From positions 2,656,001 to 2,720,000 of the forward strand of contig OZ241744.1 of NCBI GenBank assembly GCA_965200965.1: a stretch of DNA of 64,000 nucleotides, given 5' to 3'. This DNA is from an uncultured Candidatus Binatia bacterium. GTDB taxonomy: Bacteria; Desulfobacterota; Binatia; Bin18. The notes below the pieces were generated by a model that did no database searches, was not told the origin of the DNA, and saw nothing but the letters and a program-made list of their open reading frames with translations. Below, one piece after another: positions 9,689-18,575 of the stretch (position 1 is the stretch's first letter; every line of letters begins with the position of its first letter). Position numbers and translations under genes: made by a program.

Positions 9689-10636
9689 CTAGAAGTGGTA
9701 CTTGAGGCTCAGGCTGACCCCGAAAAACTCAATGTCGTCGGTCTTGACCTTCCACCTTACCGGCTCGCTCCCGTCAAGCCTCAGTTGAGAGTCGTGGCTG
9801 CGCAGGCGGTCCCACGAGCCGCGGTCCTGGAAGGTGTCGAAGTTGACCCAGCGACCTTTCACGCCCAGCGACAGCGATTCGGTCAGCGCGTAGTCCAGCC
9901 CGAACAGCACTTGGTAGCCGAACAGGGCATCGGTCAGGGTGCTTTGCTCGCTGGTGACTGTTCCGGCGACGCTGCGGCGGATATGGTTCGCATTGCTCAA
10001 GCCCTGGCCGGCTGTGCTGCGATCGGGGTCAATGTTGCGCACCCAGCGATCGGAGTAATCCATGTCGGTGAAGCCAACACCAACCCCGAACCCAATGTAG
10101 GGGGTGAAGCGGCTGATGTTGAAAAAGTCGTAATACAGGTTGCCGAACAGGTTGTGCGAGGTCATATCGCCGATCCGGTCTTCCGCCTGTACGATCTCGC
10201 CGGCCAGCTTTTCGGCAACCGAGCCGCCCCCGCCGTCGCCGGATTGGATGTTGGCCGTTTGGTCGTATTCGGAGTTGCGATAGAAGTACTCCAACTCCAG
10301 CCGGAAACGGCCCAGGGGGGAATCCGGCAGCCTGTTCCGCAGGCTGTAGCCGAGCGAGGCACCGGCCAGGATGCCCTCGGCGGCGTCGAACTCGCTCATC
10401 CACCTGTCGCCCCGGCCGGCCGGGTCTGTACAACCAGGAACGTCCGCAAAGAGCGGGTTGTGGAACTCGTCGCACACGGTGGCCCGGTCGTTGTCGCTCT
10501 CGTCAAGGTCAGGCCCAGAGGCGAAGTTGGCCCCGATATCGCTGCCCACATACAAGCCCGAGCCGGCCCGCGCCAGGCTGGGCGCGAATGCGCCTCCTGT
10601 GATGAGGCAGGTCAGAAAGACAATCGCCCGTTTCAT
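9689..10636 (-). CDS. Outer membrane beta-barrel protein, paralog 2
   Basis: Same strand motifs as 8690-9622 with divergent loops; terminal LKYHF. Confidence 0.85.
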   Translation of the reverse strand: MKRAIVFLTCLITGGAFAPSLARAGSGLYVGSDIGANFASGPDLDESDNDRATVCDEFHNPLFADVPGCTDPAGRGDRWMSEFDAAEGILAGASLGYSLRNRLPDSPLGRFRLELEYFYRNSEYDQTANIQSGDGGGGSVAEKLAGEIVQAEDRIGDMTSHNLFGNLYYDFFNISRFTPYIGFGVGVGFTDMDYSDRWVRNIDPDRSTAGQGLSNANHIRRSVAGTVTSEQSTLTDALFGYQVLFGLDYALTESLSLGVKGRWVNFDTFQDRGSWDRLRSHDSQLRLDGSEPVRWKVKTDDIEFFGVSLSLKYHF

Positions 10637-10814
10637 GCTGTCCTCCGTCACGCCGCTGGTCTGACCGGGACACATTTTCCTATCAAAGCGGACTTCTTGT
10701 TTCAAGAGACGCCGCTTGACCGTGCTGAGAGCCGGCGGGGCGTCCCATAAGCCGCGCGTTGCCTTGGCCCCGGATTTCGGCTAGGGGTAAGCCATCACGC
10801 AGGGAGGAGTCATC

Positions 10815-12065
10815 ATGGAGAGTCGTGCGCCGTCGCTTTTACCCGAACAGTTTGGGCCTTTGCAGGGGGTCCGAATTCTGTCAACCGGCAGTCTGATTGC
10901 CCAGCCGTATGCCGCCGCGCTAGCGGCCGAGATGGGCGCGGAGGTGATCCAGGTCGAACGCCCGGGCGAAGGAGACGCCGCTTGGCGACACCTGGGCATG
11001 CAACTGCCAACCAAGGACGGCCGCGGCCAGATTGCCACCACCTGGGTCCAGGAACGCCGCAACGAGCTGTATACAACCCTGGATTTCAGTACGCCCGAGG
11101 GCAAAGAGGTCTTTCTCAGGCTGATTAAGGAGTGCGATATCTGGATGGAGAGTTCCAAGCCTGGCTCATACACCAAGTGGGGCCTGACCGACGAGGTAGT
11201 GTTGCAGACCAACCCCACAATTGTCATTGCCCATGTGTCGGGCTACGGCCAGAGCGGTCATGCAGAGTACCTGGGCCGGGCGTCCTACGACATGATTGGC
11301 CAGGCCTTTGGCGGCCTGATGTACCAGACCGGATTTCCCGACCCCGAGCCGCCCGTCCGGGCCAACCCCTGGACCGCGGACTATATTACCGCCCTGTTCT
11401 GCCTGTGGTCTTCGCTGTCGGGTTATATCTCCGCCCAGCGCACGGGCAAAGGCCAAGTCGTTGATATCTCACAATTCGAGTCCATTCACCGTCTCCTGTC
11501 GGGCACGATGGTGGAGTATTTTGCCAACGGCTTTGTGCGCGGCCGGTCGGGCAATAAGGCGACCGCGTTTCAGCCCTACGACGCCTTTCAGGCCAGCGAC
11601 GGCTGGGTCGTAATCGGCGCGGTCGGGCTGGCCGTCTTCTCGCGGGTGTGCCAGGTTATCGGCCTCGATCCAGCGGACGAGAAATGGCACAGCGCCAGCT
11701 CGGACGTGAATTCGATCGAGGGCATTGAGTTTGACGCCCTGCTGCGCGGCTGGGTCGCCGAGCGGACTGTCGCCGAGGTGGTGGAGGCGATGAACGCCGC
11801 CCAGGTCGCCTGCTGCCCGATCATGAACAGCAGGGACATGGCCGACGATCCGCACTACCGGGCCCGTAAGCTGCACATTGAATGGGACGACGGGCAGGTG
11901 GGTAAGGTGAAGGGTACCGGAGTGACCCCGCTCTTTTCTGAGACCCCGGGCAAAATCTGGCGCGGCTCGGTCCCGGTCGGGCATGACAACGAAGCCGTCT
12001 ACACCAGGCTGGCCGGGCTGAGTGTCGAGCAGATGGCCCACCTCAAAGACAAGGGGGTGATCTGA
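10815..12065 (+). CDS. CaiB/BaiF family III CoA-transferase
   Basis: GPLQGVRIL, LAAEMGAEVIQVERP, SGYGQSG, ASYDMIGQAFGG, GHDNEAVY. Confidence 0.93.
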   Translation: MESRAPSLLPEQFGPLQGVRILSTGSLIAQPYAAALAAEMGAEVIQVERPGEGDAAWRHLGMQLPTKDGRGQIATTWVQERRNELYTTLDFSTPEGKEVFLRLIKECDIWMESSKPGSYTKWGLTDEVVLQTNPTIVIAHVSGYGQSGHAEYLGRASYDMIGQAFGGLMYQTGFPDPEPPVRANPWTADYITALFCLWSSLSGYISAQRTGKGQVVDISQFESIHRLLSGTMVEYFANGFVRGRSGNKATAFQPYDAFQASDGWVVIGAVGLAVFSRVCQVIGLDPADEKWHSASSDVNSIEGIEFDALLRGWVAERTVAEVVEAMNAAQVACCPIMNSRDMADDPHYRARKLHIEWDDGQVGKVKGTGVTPLFSETPGKIWRGSVPVGHDNEAVYTRLAGLSVEQMAHLKDKGVI

Positions 12066-12120
12066 GACGTTTATAGCCCGTGCCCGGCCCCCGCTATTAC
12101 AGCGTGAGCGGAAGAGCGGC

Positions 12121-12509
12121 CTATGCACCGATGTTGATTTGGATGACCGCCCGCAGACCTGGATCAGCGACCTCCAGGGCTGAATTCAATATCTGCTGAA
12201 TACGGTCTCGACCATGATTCATTCCGGGCCACCAGCCGGGAGCTATCCCGGTAGAGTTTTTCTCGACGAAATCCAGGGGCTGGGCAGGATACAGTTCTCC
12301 TTGGTCTTTGACCAGATAGCTGTGCGTTCTCGGCGTTCTCGCAAACTTTTCGCAAAAATCAGGGTCTTCTTTGGCTAGCCGCTTGAAGACTCGGCTCAGT
12401 ACTTCGCGTGCAGAATTGCACTCACAGGTTTGCCCTCTGAATGCGAACGAATTGACCGCCCTGGTGTGGCGGACACCCTGTGGCCTCCTTCGTTCTCTTA
12501 CAGGAAGAC
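12121..12509 (-). pseudogene. Second copy of the SeqA-like C-terminal domain, out of frame with 12510-13628
   Basis: RPQGVRHTRAVNSFAFRGQT...LAKEDPDFCEKFA...IAPGWW mirrors RPQGVYTRAVVSYTFRGET...LAREDPDFPERFA...VAPGWW; no clear start of its own. Confidence 0.7.
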
Positions 12510-13628
12510 TTATAGACCGCGTGGGGGCCGTGTGCTGTCGATGTTGACTCGTATTTCGGACCGCAGATGTGGATGGGCAACCCCTAACGCCAAGTCCAGT
12601 ATCTCCCGGATATTCTTTCTGCTGTAGTGCGTCCCAAGCCACCAGCCGGGGGCAACCTCGAATGATTTGTCTTCGGCGAAGTCCGGTGGTTGTCCGGGAT
12701 AGAGCTTTTGCCGGTCTTGATCCAGATACCGCCGCTTTGTGCCGTGTTTGAGTGCCGCAAAGCGTTCGGGAAAATCGGGGTCTTCTCTGGCGAGCAAACG
12801 GAAAACCTGACGCATCATCGCTGCCGCTGAACTGTATTCGTGCGTTTCCCCCCTGAATGTGTACGATACAACTGCCCTGGTATAAACACCCTGCGGTCTT
12901 TGTGCTTCCCTGACGAGGGGGCTGCTGAACTGGCCGGGATCGGGTACCGGCGGGGCGGGGCGAGGCTTTGAGACACCCGCAACAAACTGGCCGCACACGT
13001 CCGAGGCCGGCTTGTAGCCGCACAGGTCTTCAACCTTGTCGGCCAACAACTCCAACAGCAAGGAATCCGGCTCTTCAAGCAGCACGCTCCAGGCTTTGGG
13101 CAGCACGGCCTCTATTTCTTTCTCCTTGGCGACGGTTTGATAATCCTCCTGGGCAGCCGAGAGGGCTTCACTTGAACAGACCCGTGTATAGCTGAGGTAT
13201 CGCTCCAGCCGGCTGGCGGCGTCTTCGGTATTTCGCTCCGAAAGATCGAGCTTGTAGAACCGCCGCTCATTGTAGCGCCCCTGCCCAGCCGGCAGGTAAA
13301 AACTCCACTCCCGGCCGTCTGTCAGAATGGCCATAGGCACGCCTTGATGGAAGGCATACTCAAAGAGTTGTTTGTCATCTTTATCCGACCGGCCAAGCCG
13401 CTTGACCTCCACAAATACCGCCGGCTTGTTTGCCGGGTGGCACAGCGCATAATCAACCCGCCGTCCCGCAACTGAGAACTCGGGGAAAACTACATGGGTA
13501 TTGAAGACAGGCCAGCCGAGTTCGTGCAGTGCCGGCAGCAGGATGCCCTGGGAAACCGCGGCCTCGTGAGGAAAAGCGTCGCCCCGCAGTCCTTCTTTCA
13601 CTTTTTCGATGTGGTTCGCAATGGCCAT
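12510..13628 (-). CDS. HsdR_N-like PD-(D/E)xK nuclease fused to a SeqA-like C-terminal domain
   Basis: ILLPALHELGW, PEF..GRRVDYAL..VFVEVK, QLFEYA, AILTDGREW; C-terminal HGTKRRYL...GWWLGTHYS. Confidence 0.8.
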   Translation of the reverse strand: MAIANHIEKVKEGLRGDAFPHEAAVSQGILLPALHELGWPVFNTHVVFPEFSVAGRRVDYALCHPANKPAVFVEVKRLGRSDKDDKQLFEYAFHQGVPMAILTDGREWSFYLPAGQGRYNERRFYKLDLSERNTEDAASRLERYLSYTRVCSSEALSAAQEDYQTVAKEKEIEAVLPKAWSVLLEEPDSLLLELLADKVEDLCGYKPASDVCGQFVAGVSKPRPAPPVPDPGQFSSPLVREAQRPQGVYTRAVVSYTFRGETHEYSSAAAMMRQVFRLLAREDPDFPERFAALKHGTKRRYLDQDRQKLYPGQPPDFAEDKSFEVAPGWWLGTHYSRKNIREILDLALGVAHPHLRSEIRVNIDSTRPPRGL

Positions 13629-13646
13629 CAGCCGCTTTATACATCA

Positions 13647-13695
13647 AAGGCCCCAGCGTGTCATCCGGTTGAGAGGAAGGCGACCCGGTGGGTCC
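13647..13695 (+). repeat. 49-bp REP-like element, copy 1 (intergenic)
   Basis: AAGGCCCCAGCGTGTCATCCGGTTGAGAGGAAGGCGACCCGGTGGGTCC; GACCC-N3-GGGTC hairpin; matches 14009-14057 with 3 mismatches. Confidence 0.85.
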
Positions 13696-13759
13696 TTAAG
13701 ACGGGGCGCGGTGAAAGCTCACTCTGGCTCGCCAGGGCAGAACCTGGTATGCCCCCAGC

Positions 13760-14947
13760 ATGAAATCGTCTCCTCGGCCTCCCCGTGTTGTTGTCATTGG
13801 TGCCGGCATTGTCGGCGCTTCCATCGCCTTCCATCTGTCACAGCGGCCGGTCCGGCTGACCGTGCTTGACCGGGCTGAGCCGGGTTCTGGAGCGTCCGGC
13901 CATTCATTCGCCTGGATCAACGCCTCGGCCGGCAAAGAACCCACCGCCTACCACGACCTGAACCGCCGTGCGGTCGATATGTGGGACCGTTTTGCCCGGA
14001 GGCTGGCCAAAGCCCCAGCGTGTCATCCGGTCGAGAGGAAGGCGACCCGATGGGTCCCGGCTGATGTCGGCCTGGTGTGGGGCGGGGAACTGCGCTGGGC
14101 GCGGACGCCCGGCGAGGCTGAGGCGCTGCGCGCCGCGGTGGCCGTCTTGGGCCGGCGTGGGCACGACAGCCGGCTGCTGAGCGAGGCCGAGTGCCGTGCC
14201 TTGGAGCCGGGGCTGCGGCTCGGGCGCTTTGCACTCGGGGCGTACAGCCCCAACGACGGGCAGGTTGATCCGGGCAGGGTGATTCGGGCCTGCCTGGGGC
14301 AAGTGCAGGCCAGGGGCGGGGCGGTCCAGGAGCGGACGCGCACTGTCGGCTTCCGGCTTGACCCAGCGACTGGCCGGGTAAGCGCGGTCCAGACCGATGC
14401 GGGTGAGCTGGCGTGCGATCGGGTGGTTCTGGCTGCGGGTCTGGGCACGACCGAGCTGGCCGGTCGGCTGGGCATTCCTGTGCCACAACAGCGCAGCCCT
14501 GGGGTGGTGGTGCGGACCGAGCCGCAACCGCCGCTGTTCAAAACCCTGGCCGTACTGAATGTTCCTGGCCCGGACAGGGAGCGGCCGGGCATCCATATCT
14601 GCCAGCGGGCCGACGGGACGGTCATCATTGGCGAGGGAAGCCAGGAACGCCTGGCCAGCGATGATTCGCAGGGCCATGCCGAGGCCCTGCTGTCAGGCGC
14701 ACAGCGCCACCTGCCGGCGCTGGCCGCGGCCCGGGCTGTTCGCGTTCCGGTTGGCTATCGTCCGATGCCGGCCGACGGCTATCCGGTGGTCGGCTGGAGT
14801 CGGGCTGTGCCCAACGTCTATGTGGCGCTGATGCACAGTGGGGTGACGCTGGCACCGCTGGTCGGGGAGTGGGGCGCGCTGGAGATCATGGACGGGGCAG
14901 ACCTTGATCTGCTCGCGCCGTATCGGCTGGAGCGGTTCAGCCGCTAG
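13760..14947 (+). CDS. FAD-dependent oxidoreductase (DAO/glycine oxidase family)
   Basis: VVVIGAGIVG, ASGHSFAWIN, GYRPMPADGYPVVG, HSGVTLAP, YRLERF. Confidence 0.93.
   Translation: MKSSPRPPRVVVIGAGIVGASIAFHLSQRPVRLTVLDRAEPGSGASGHSFAWINASAGKEPTAYHDLNRRAVDMWDRFARRLAKAPACHPVERKATRWVPADVGLVWGGELRWARTPGEAEALRAAVAVLGRRGHDSRLLSEAECRALEPGLRLGRFALGAYSPNDGQVDPGRVIRACLGQVQARGGAVQERTRTVGFRLDPATGRVSAVQTDAGELACDRVVLAAGLGTTELAGRLGIPVPQQRSPGVVVRTEPQPPLFKTLAVLNVPGPDRERPGIHICQRADGTVIIGEGSQERLASDDSQGHAEALLSGAQRHLPALAAARAVRVPVGYRPMPADGYPVVGWSRAVPNVYVALMHSGVTLAPLVGEWGALEIMDGADLDLLAPYRLERFSR
14009..14057 (+). repeat. 49-bp REP-like element, copy 2 (in frame inside the oxidoreductase)
   Basis: AAAGCCCCAGCGTGTCATCCGGTCGAGAGGAAGGCGACCCGATGGGTCC, translated KAPACHPVERKATRWV. 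Confidence 0.85.
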
Positions 14948-14954
14948 AGGCGGG

Positions 14955-17162
14955 TCAGAACCGCAGCCGCACGCCGCCAAAGACCCCGAAGGGTGCGCCA
15001 GGGCCGAGAAAGCGCTCAACTCCGGTGTCGTCCAGGGTATTCTCAAACAGCGCGCCGTAGCTCTCGTAGTCCTCGTCAAACAGGTTCTCAAAGCGGACAA
15101 AGATGTCCAAGCGCTCGGTCTTATAGGCCAGCTGGGCGTTGGCGACAACATACGGGTCAAGCCTGGGGTGGGTGTTGGCCTCGTCGCCGCGCAGATACTG
15201 GCCGTCCACATACGCGCCGTCAACACTGAACCACAGGTCAATGGGGAGGGCGATTTCCAGGCCGCCGTTTACCCGGTGGGCCGGCACCAGCGGCAGCCGG
15301 TCGCCGGCTTTGACCTGGGCCAGGCGGTCTTCGTTGGCAAAGGTGAACAGCTGCGCGTCATCCTCAAAGGTCGCCTCGGTCAGGGTGTAGTTGGCAAACC
15401 AGTCGCCCCAACTCCAGCGGCCACGCAGCAGGAACTCAAGACCCTGGCGGCGGGTGGCATCGACATTCTGAAAAAAGCCCAGGACCCGGCTCTGCGGCTC
15501 GTTGCGGAACAGAATGTCATCCGTGAGGTCGGTCCGGTAGAAGGCCAGCGTGGCCTGGAGACTCGGCCGGGGAGACCAGCGCAGGCCGGTTTCCCAGGTC
15601 TTGCCCTTGACGGCCTTGAGCGGCGGGTCATCAACGATAGCGGTCGGCACCGGGCAGGGCGCTTCGGGGTTGGCACAGCTCAGCTCAATCGCGGTTGGCG
15701 CACGGTAGCTCTGGCTATAGCCGGCGTACAGACTGAGGCTCTCGGCCAGCTGATAGCTGGCACCGACAGCCGGGTTGAAGCGGTCAAAGGTATGGCTGCC
15801 GCTGGCGTCTGTGCCGTCGTCAGCGGCGTCGCCGGCCAGGCGGTCTGTGATTTTCAGATGGGTAACATCGTAGCGGCCGGCCACGGTGACGGCCAGTTTT
15901 TCAATCGGCTCAAGTGTGGCGGTGACAAACGGGCCGCCGGCGTGGGTTTGGGTTGTGACATGGGTTTCGATTGCAAGGCCTTGGCCCTCGGCGTGTTCCT
16001 CGGCGGCGTCCAGGTCCTTGAACAGGTCTACTTCAGACTCGTCCTCGTCGTCCTCCCCGCGTTCGGCAATCACATGATCGAGCCGCGCGCCGCCGTAATC
16101 GACACCGGCGATGAGCGTCAGCGGCATTCCGAACACCTGTCCCTGGTAGGCCAGCTGCGCGGCCCCTCCCCAGCTTTTCTGATTGGTCCGGGCATCAACA
16201 TCCTCTTCCACATCGCGATTGAACTGGTCCACGTCGAGCAGCCGGCCGAACAGGTTGGTAGACAGGCTGAGTGCGGGGCTGAGCGTACGCTGATAGGTGC
16301 CATGCAGAAACCACAGCACGGGCTGGAAGCGGTCGGGGTGGGTAAAGACAGCCGAGCGGTCGCGTTTGAGCCGGCTCTCGGGCAGGGGGCCGTTGCCGGT
16401 CAGGCGGTTATGGACCGAGGTCAGGGACAGGCTGGCGTCCTGGACCTCGTCCACATAGCCGAGCTTGCCGAATACATTGCCGACATGGCCGTCAGAGAAG
16501 TCTCGGAAGCCGTCTTCAAGAAAGAAGCTGCCGGACAGGAAATAATCGAACCGGCCGCGACTGCCGCCGCTTTGCAGCAGGGTCCGCAGCCGGCCAAAGG
16601 AGCCGCCCCAGATTTCGGCTATGGTCCCCGGATGGCTGAACCCCCGCTTGGTGCGCATGACGAGCGTGCCGCCGAGGGTGTTGCGGCCGTAGACCGGGTT
16701 TGAGCCAGGGAGCAGCTCGATCCGGTCAATCGCGTCTGTCGGAATCAGGTCCCAGTTGACCTGGTCGGCCAGGGGTTCGTTGACCCGCGCCCCGTCCACA
16801 AACACACTTAGGCCCGGGGGCGTGCCAATCAGAAACGAGCTGGTAAAGCCGCGGTAGCTGAAGTCGGGCTGAAACGGGTTGTTCTGGACGTGGGTGAGGG
16901 TGATGCCGGCGAACTCGCGAGACAGAAAGTCGGTCATGGTGAGGGCCCCGCGGTTGGCCAGGCGCTCGCCGGTGGTGAGCTGAACATTGGCCGGAACCTG
17001 CCCGCGGGGCAGGCCGAGGCCCATCAGCGGCGTTGTGCCCCGGACCTCCATATCAGGCAGACTCAGCGGCTCTTGCCGGGGCGGGGAGGCCGTCTGGGCC
17101 AGAGCGTGGGGAAGGACGGCGAGACTCAACAGGCAGAACAGGGCGGCGCGGCAATACAGTAT
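14955..17162 (-). CDS. TonB-dependent receptor
   Basis: Plug motifs NPFQPDFSYRGF, VFVDGARVNEP, VYGRNTLGG; ENLFDEDY; terminal VRLRF; start placed at ATA 17162 behind a GGAGGAG SD (ORF track uses TTG 17129). Confidence 0.93.
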   Translation of the reverse strand: MLYCRAALFCLLSLAVLPHALAQTASPPRQEPLSLPDMEVRGTTPLMGLGLPRGQVPANVQLTTGERLANRGALTMTDFLSREFAGITLTHVQNNPFQPDFSYRGFTSSFLIGTPPGLSVFVDGARVNEPLADQVNWDLIPTDAIDRIELLPGSNPVYGRNTLGGTLVMRTKRGFSHPGTIAEIWGGSFGRLRTLLQSGGSRGRFDYFLSGSFFLEDGFRDFSDGHVGNVFGKLGYVDEVQDASLSLTSVHNRLTGNGPLPESRLKRDRSAVFTHPDRFQPVLWFLHGTYQRTLSPALSLSTNLFGRLLDVDQFNRDVEEDVDARTNQKSWGGAAQLAYQGQVFGMPLTLIAGVDYGGARLDHVIAERGEDDEDESEVDLFKDLDAAEEHAEGQGLAIETHVTTQTHAGGPFVTATLEPIEKLAVTVAGRYDVTHLKITDRLAGDAADDGTDASGSHTFDRFNPAVGASYQLAESLSLYAGYSQSYRAPTAIELSCANPEAPCPVPTAIVDDPPLKAVKGKTWETGLRWSPRPSLQATLAFYRTDLTDDILFRNEPQSRVLGFFQNVDATRRQGLEFLLRGRWSWGDWFANYTLTEATFEDDAQLFTFANEDRLAQVKAGDRLPLVPAHRVNGGLEIALPIDLWFSVDGAYVDGQYLRGDEANTHPRLDPYVVANAQLAYKTERLDIFVRFENLFDEDYESYGALFENTLDDTGVERFLGPGAPFGVFGGVRLRF

Positions 17163-17232
17163 TCTCTACTCCTCCCTGGCGTACGCTTCCTGAGCGGCGG
17201 CGCATTCACAGAAGGGCCGCCGGTCGGCGGTC

Positions 17233-18456
17233 CTACTGCTCATTCCACGAGCGATGGGGGTGCTTGAAGAAATCCTGGTGACGCAGCATGATCTCCGACT
17301 CGGCGTCGAGCAGGTGGGCGATCAGCGCCGCCCTGACCCACATGCCGTTCTCGGCCTGGGCGAAATACAGAGCGCGGGGATCGCGGTCCACATCGGGCGC
17401 AATTTCGTCATTGCGGGGGAAGGGGTGCAGAATCGCCGCGTATTCGCGCATCTGGCCCAATCGCTCGCGGTCCAGGATGAAGCGCCGGCGGTCCAGGTCG
17501 AGCAGAAAGGCGGCCACCTCCTCGTCGTCGTGTTCGTGCTGGACCCGGGTCATGTAGACCAGGTCGGCCGCGCCGATACAGTCGGCCAGGGCGGCGCGTT
17601 CATGCACGGTGACGCCGGCTTCAACCAACTCAGACTGGAGGTCGGCGGTGAGGCGCAGCCGGGGGTGGTCGGGACCGACAAAATACATGCTCACGTCGTC
17701 GTGCTGGGCGAGCAGGGCAGCCAGCGAGCGAATGGTCCGACTCCGGCCCACATCGCCGCAGAACAGATAGGTCTTGCCATCCAGCCCGGGCCGCAGGTGT
17801 GGCCAGCGGGTGCGCAGGGCGGCCAGCCGGCGGCCAAGGGTACGCGGGTCGCCTTCCCGGTCGCCCTCCCGGTCGCTGAAGGTGAAGACCTCCTGGATCG
17901 TATAGTAGTCAAGCAGGGCCTGGGTCGGATGCTCGTCCGCGCCGGAGCCGCCGTTGACAATCGGCACGGCCTTGTCGAGGTCGTTCATCCTGTAGGCGAA
18001 GCACTCGGCCAGCTTGGGCAGGGGGTCGCGCAGGATCACGGTGTCAAAATAGGTGCTGAACATCATGATCGCATCGAGGTCGGACTCGCCTTTATAGGCC
18101 GAAGAAACGGCCGGGTTGCGGATCTCGGCGTAGTCCATGCCCAGGTGTTGACAGGCCCGGACAAAGGACAGAAAGGTCCGGGTGGAGGCTTGGGTAAAGT
18201 GCAGCATGGCCGACTTGTCGCACAGGGTGCCCCGCAGCAGTCGGCTGCCCCGTCGGTTGCGCGCCAGTTGCCGGATCATGGCCGCCAAACCGGTCAGGCG
18301 GTCCAGCAGATCGCGGTCGAACTGGGCCGAGAAGATCACATGTTTGAGCCGATTGTTGCGCTGAAATTCCTGTACCTTCATCATCACCGGGCGGCTCAGC
18401 CGTGGCTCAAACTCGCGCAGATGCTGCAAACGGGCAGATGTGTCTGTGTAATCCAC
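17233..18456 (-). CDS. pyrB: Aspartate carbamoyltransferase catalytic subunit (atypical, stand-alone)
   Basis: STRTFLSF, KGES, NGGSGADEHPTQALLD, YMTRVQHE, LHPFPR, YFAQAENG; GTG start with GGAGG. Confidence 0.85.
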   Translation of the reverse strand: MDYTDTSARLQHLREFEPRLSRPVMMKVQEFQRNNRLKHVIFSAQFDRDLLDRLTGLAAMIRQLARNRRGSRLLRGTLCDKSAMLHFTQASTRTFLSFVRACQHLGMDYAEIRNPAVSSAYKGESDLDAIMMFSTYFDTVILRDPLPKLAECFAYRMNDLDKAVPIVNGGSGADEHPTQALLDYYTIQEVFTFSDREGDREGDPRTLGRRLAALRTRWPHLRPGLDGKTYLFCGDVGRSRTIRSLAALLAQHDDVSMYFVGPDHPRLRLTADLQSELVEAGVTVHERAALADCIGAADLVYMTRVQHEHDDEEVAAFLLDLDRRRFILDRERLGQMREYAAILHPFPRNDEIAPDVDRDPRALYFAQAENGMWVRAALIAHLLDAESEIMLRHQDFFKHPHRSWNEQ

Positions 18457-18575
18457 CAGTCCCTCCCAACGGGTGTAGCACCGCCGCATGGTAACGCTCT
18501 GCCCGGCGAGCGGCAAGAGGAGACTGAGCAGGACATCTCGCGTCATTCAAAAAAGCGTTGACATAACAGGGCGTT

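Noticed and set aside
14904-16703. 599-aa plus-strand ORF (and similar long shadow ORFs such as 17254-18561, 33650-34858, 9614-10750)
   Set aside because: Antisense shadows of well-supported genes, expected at high GC; no motifs
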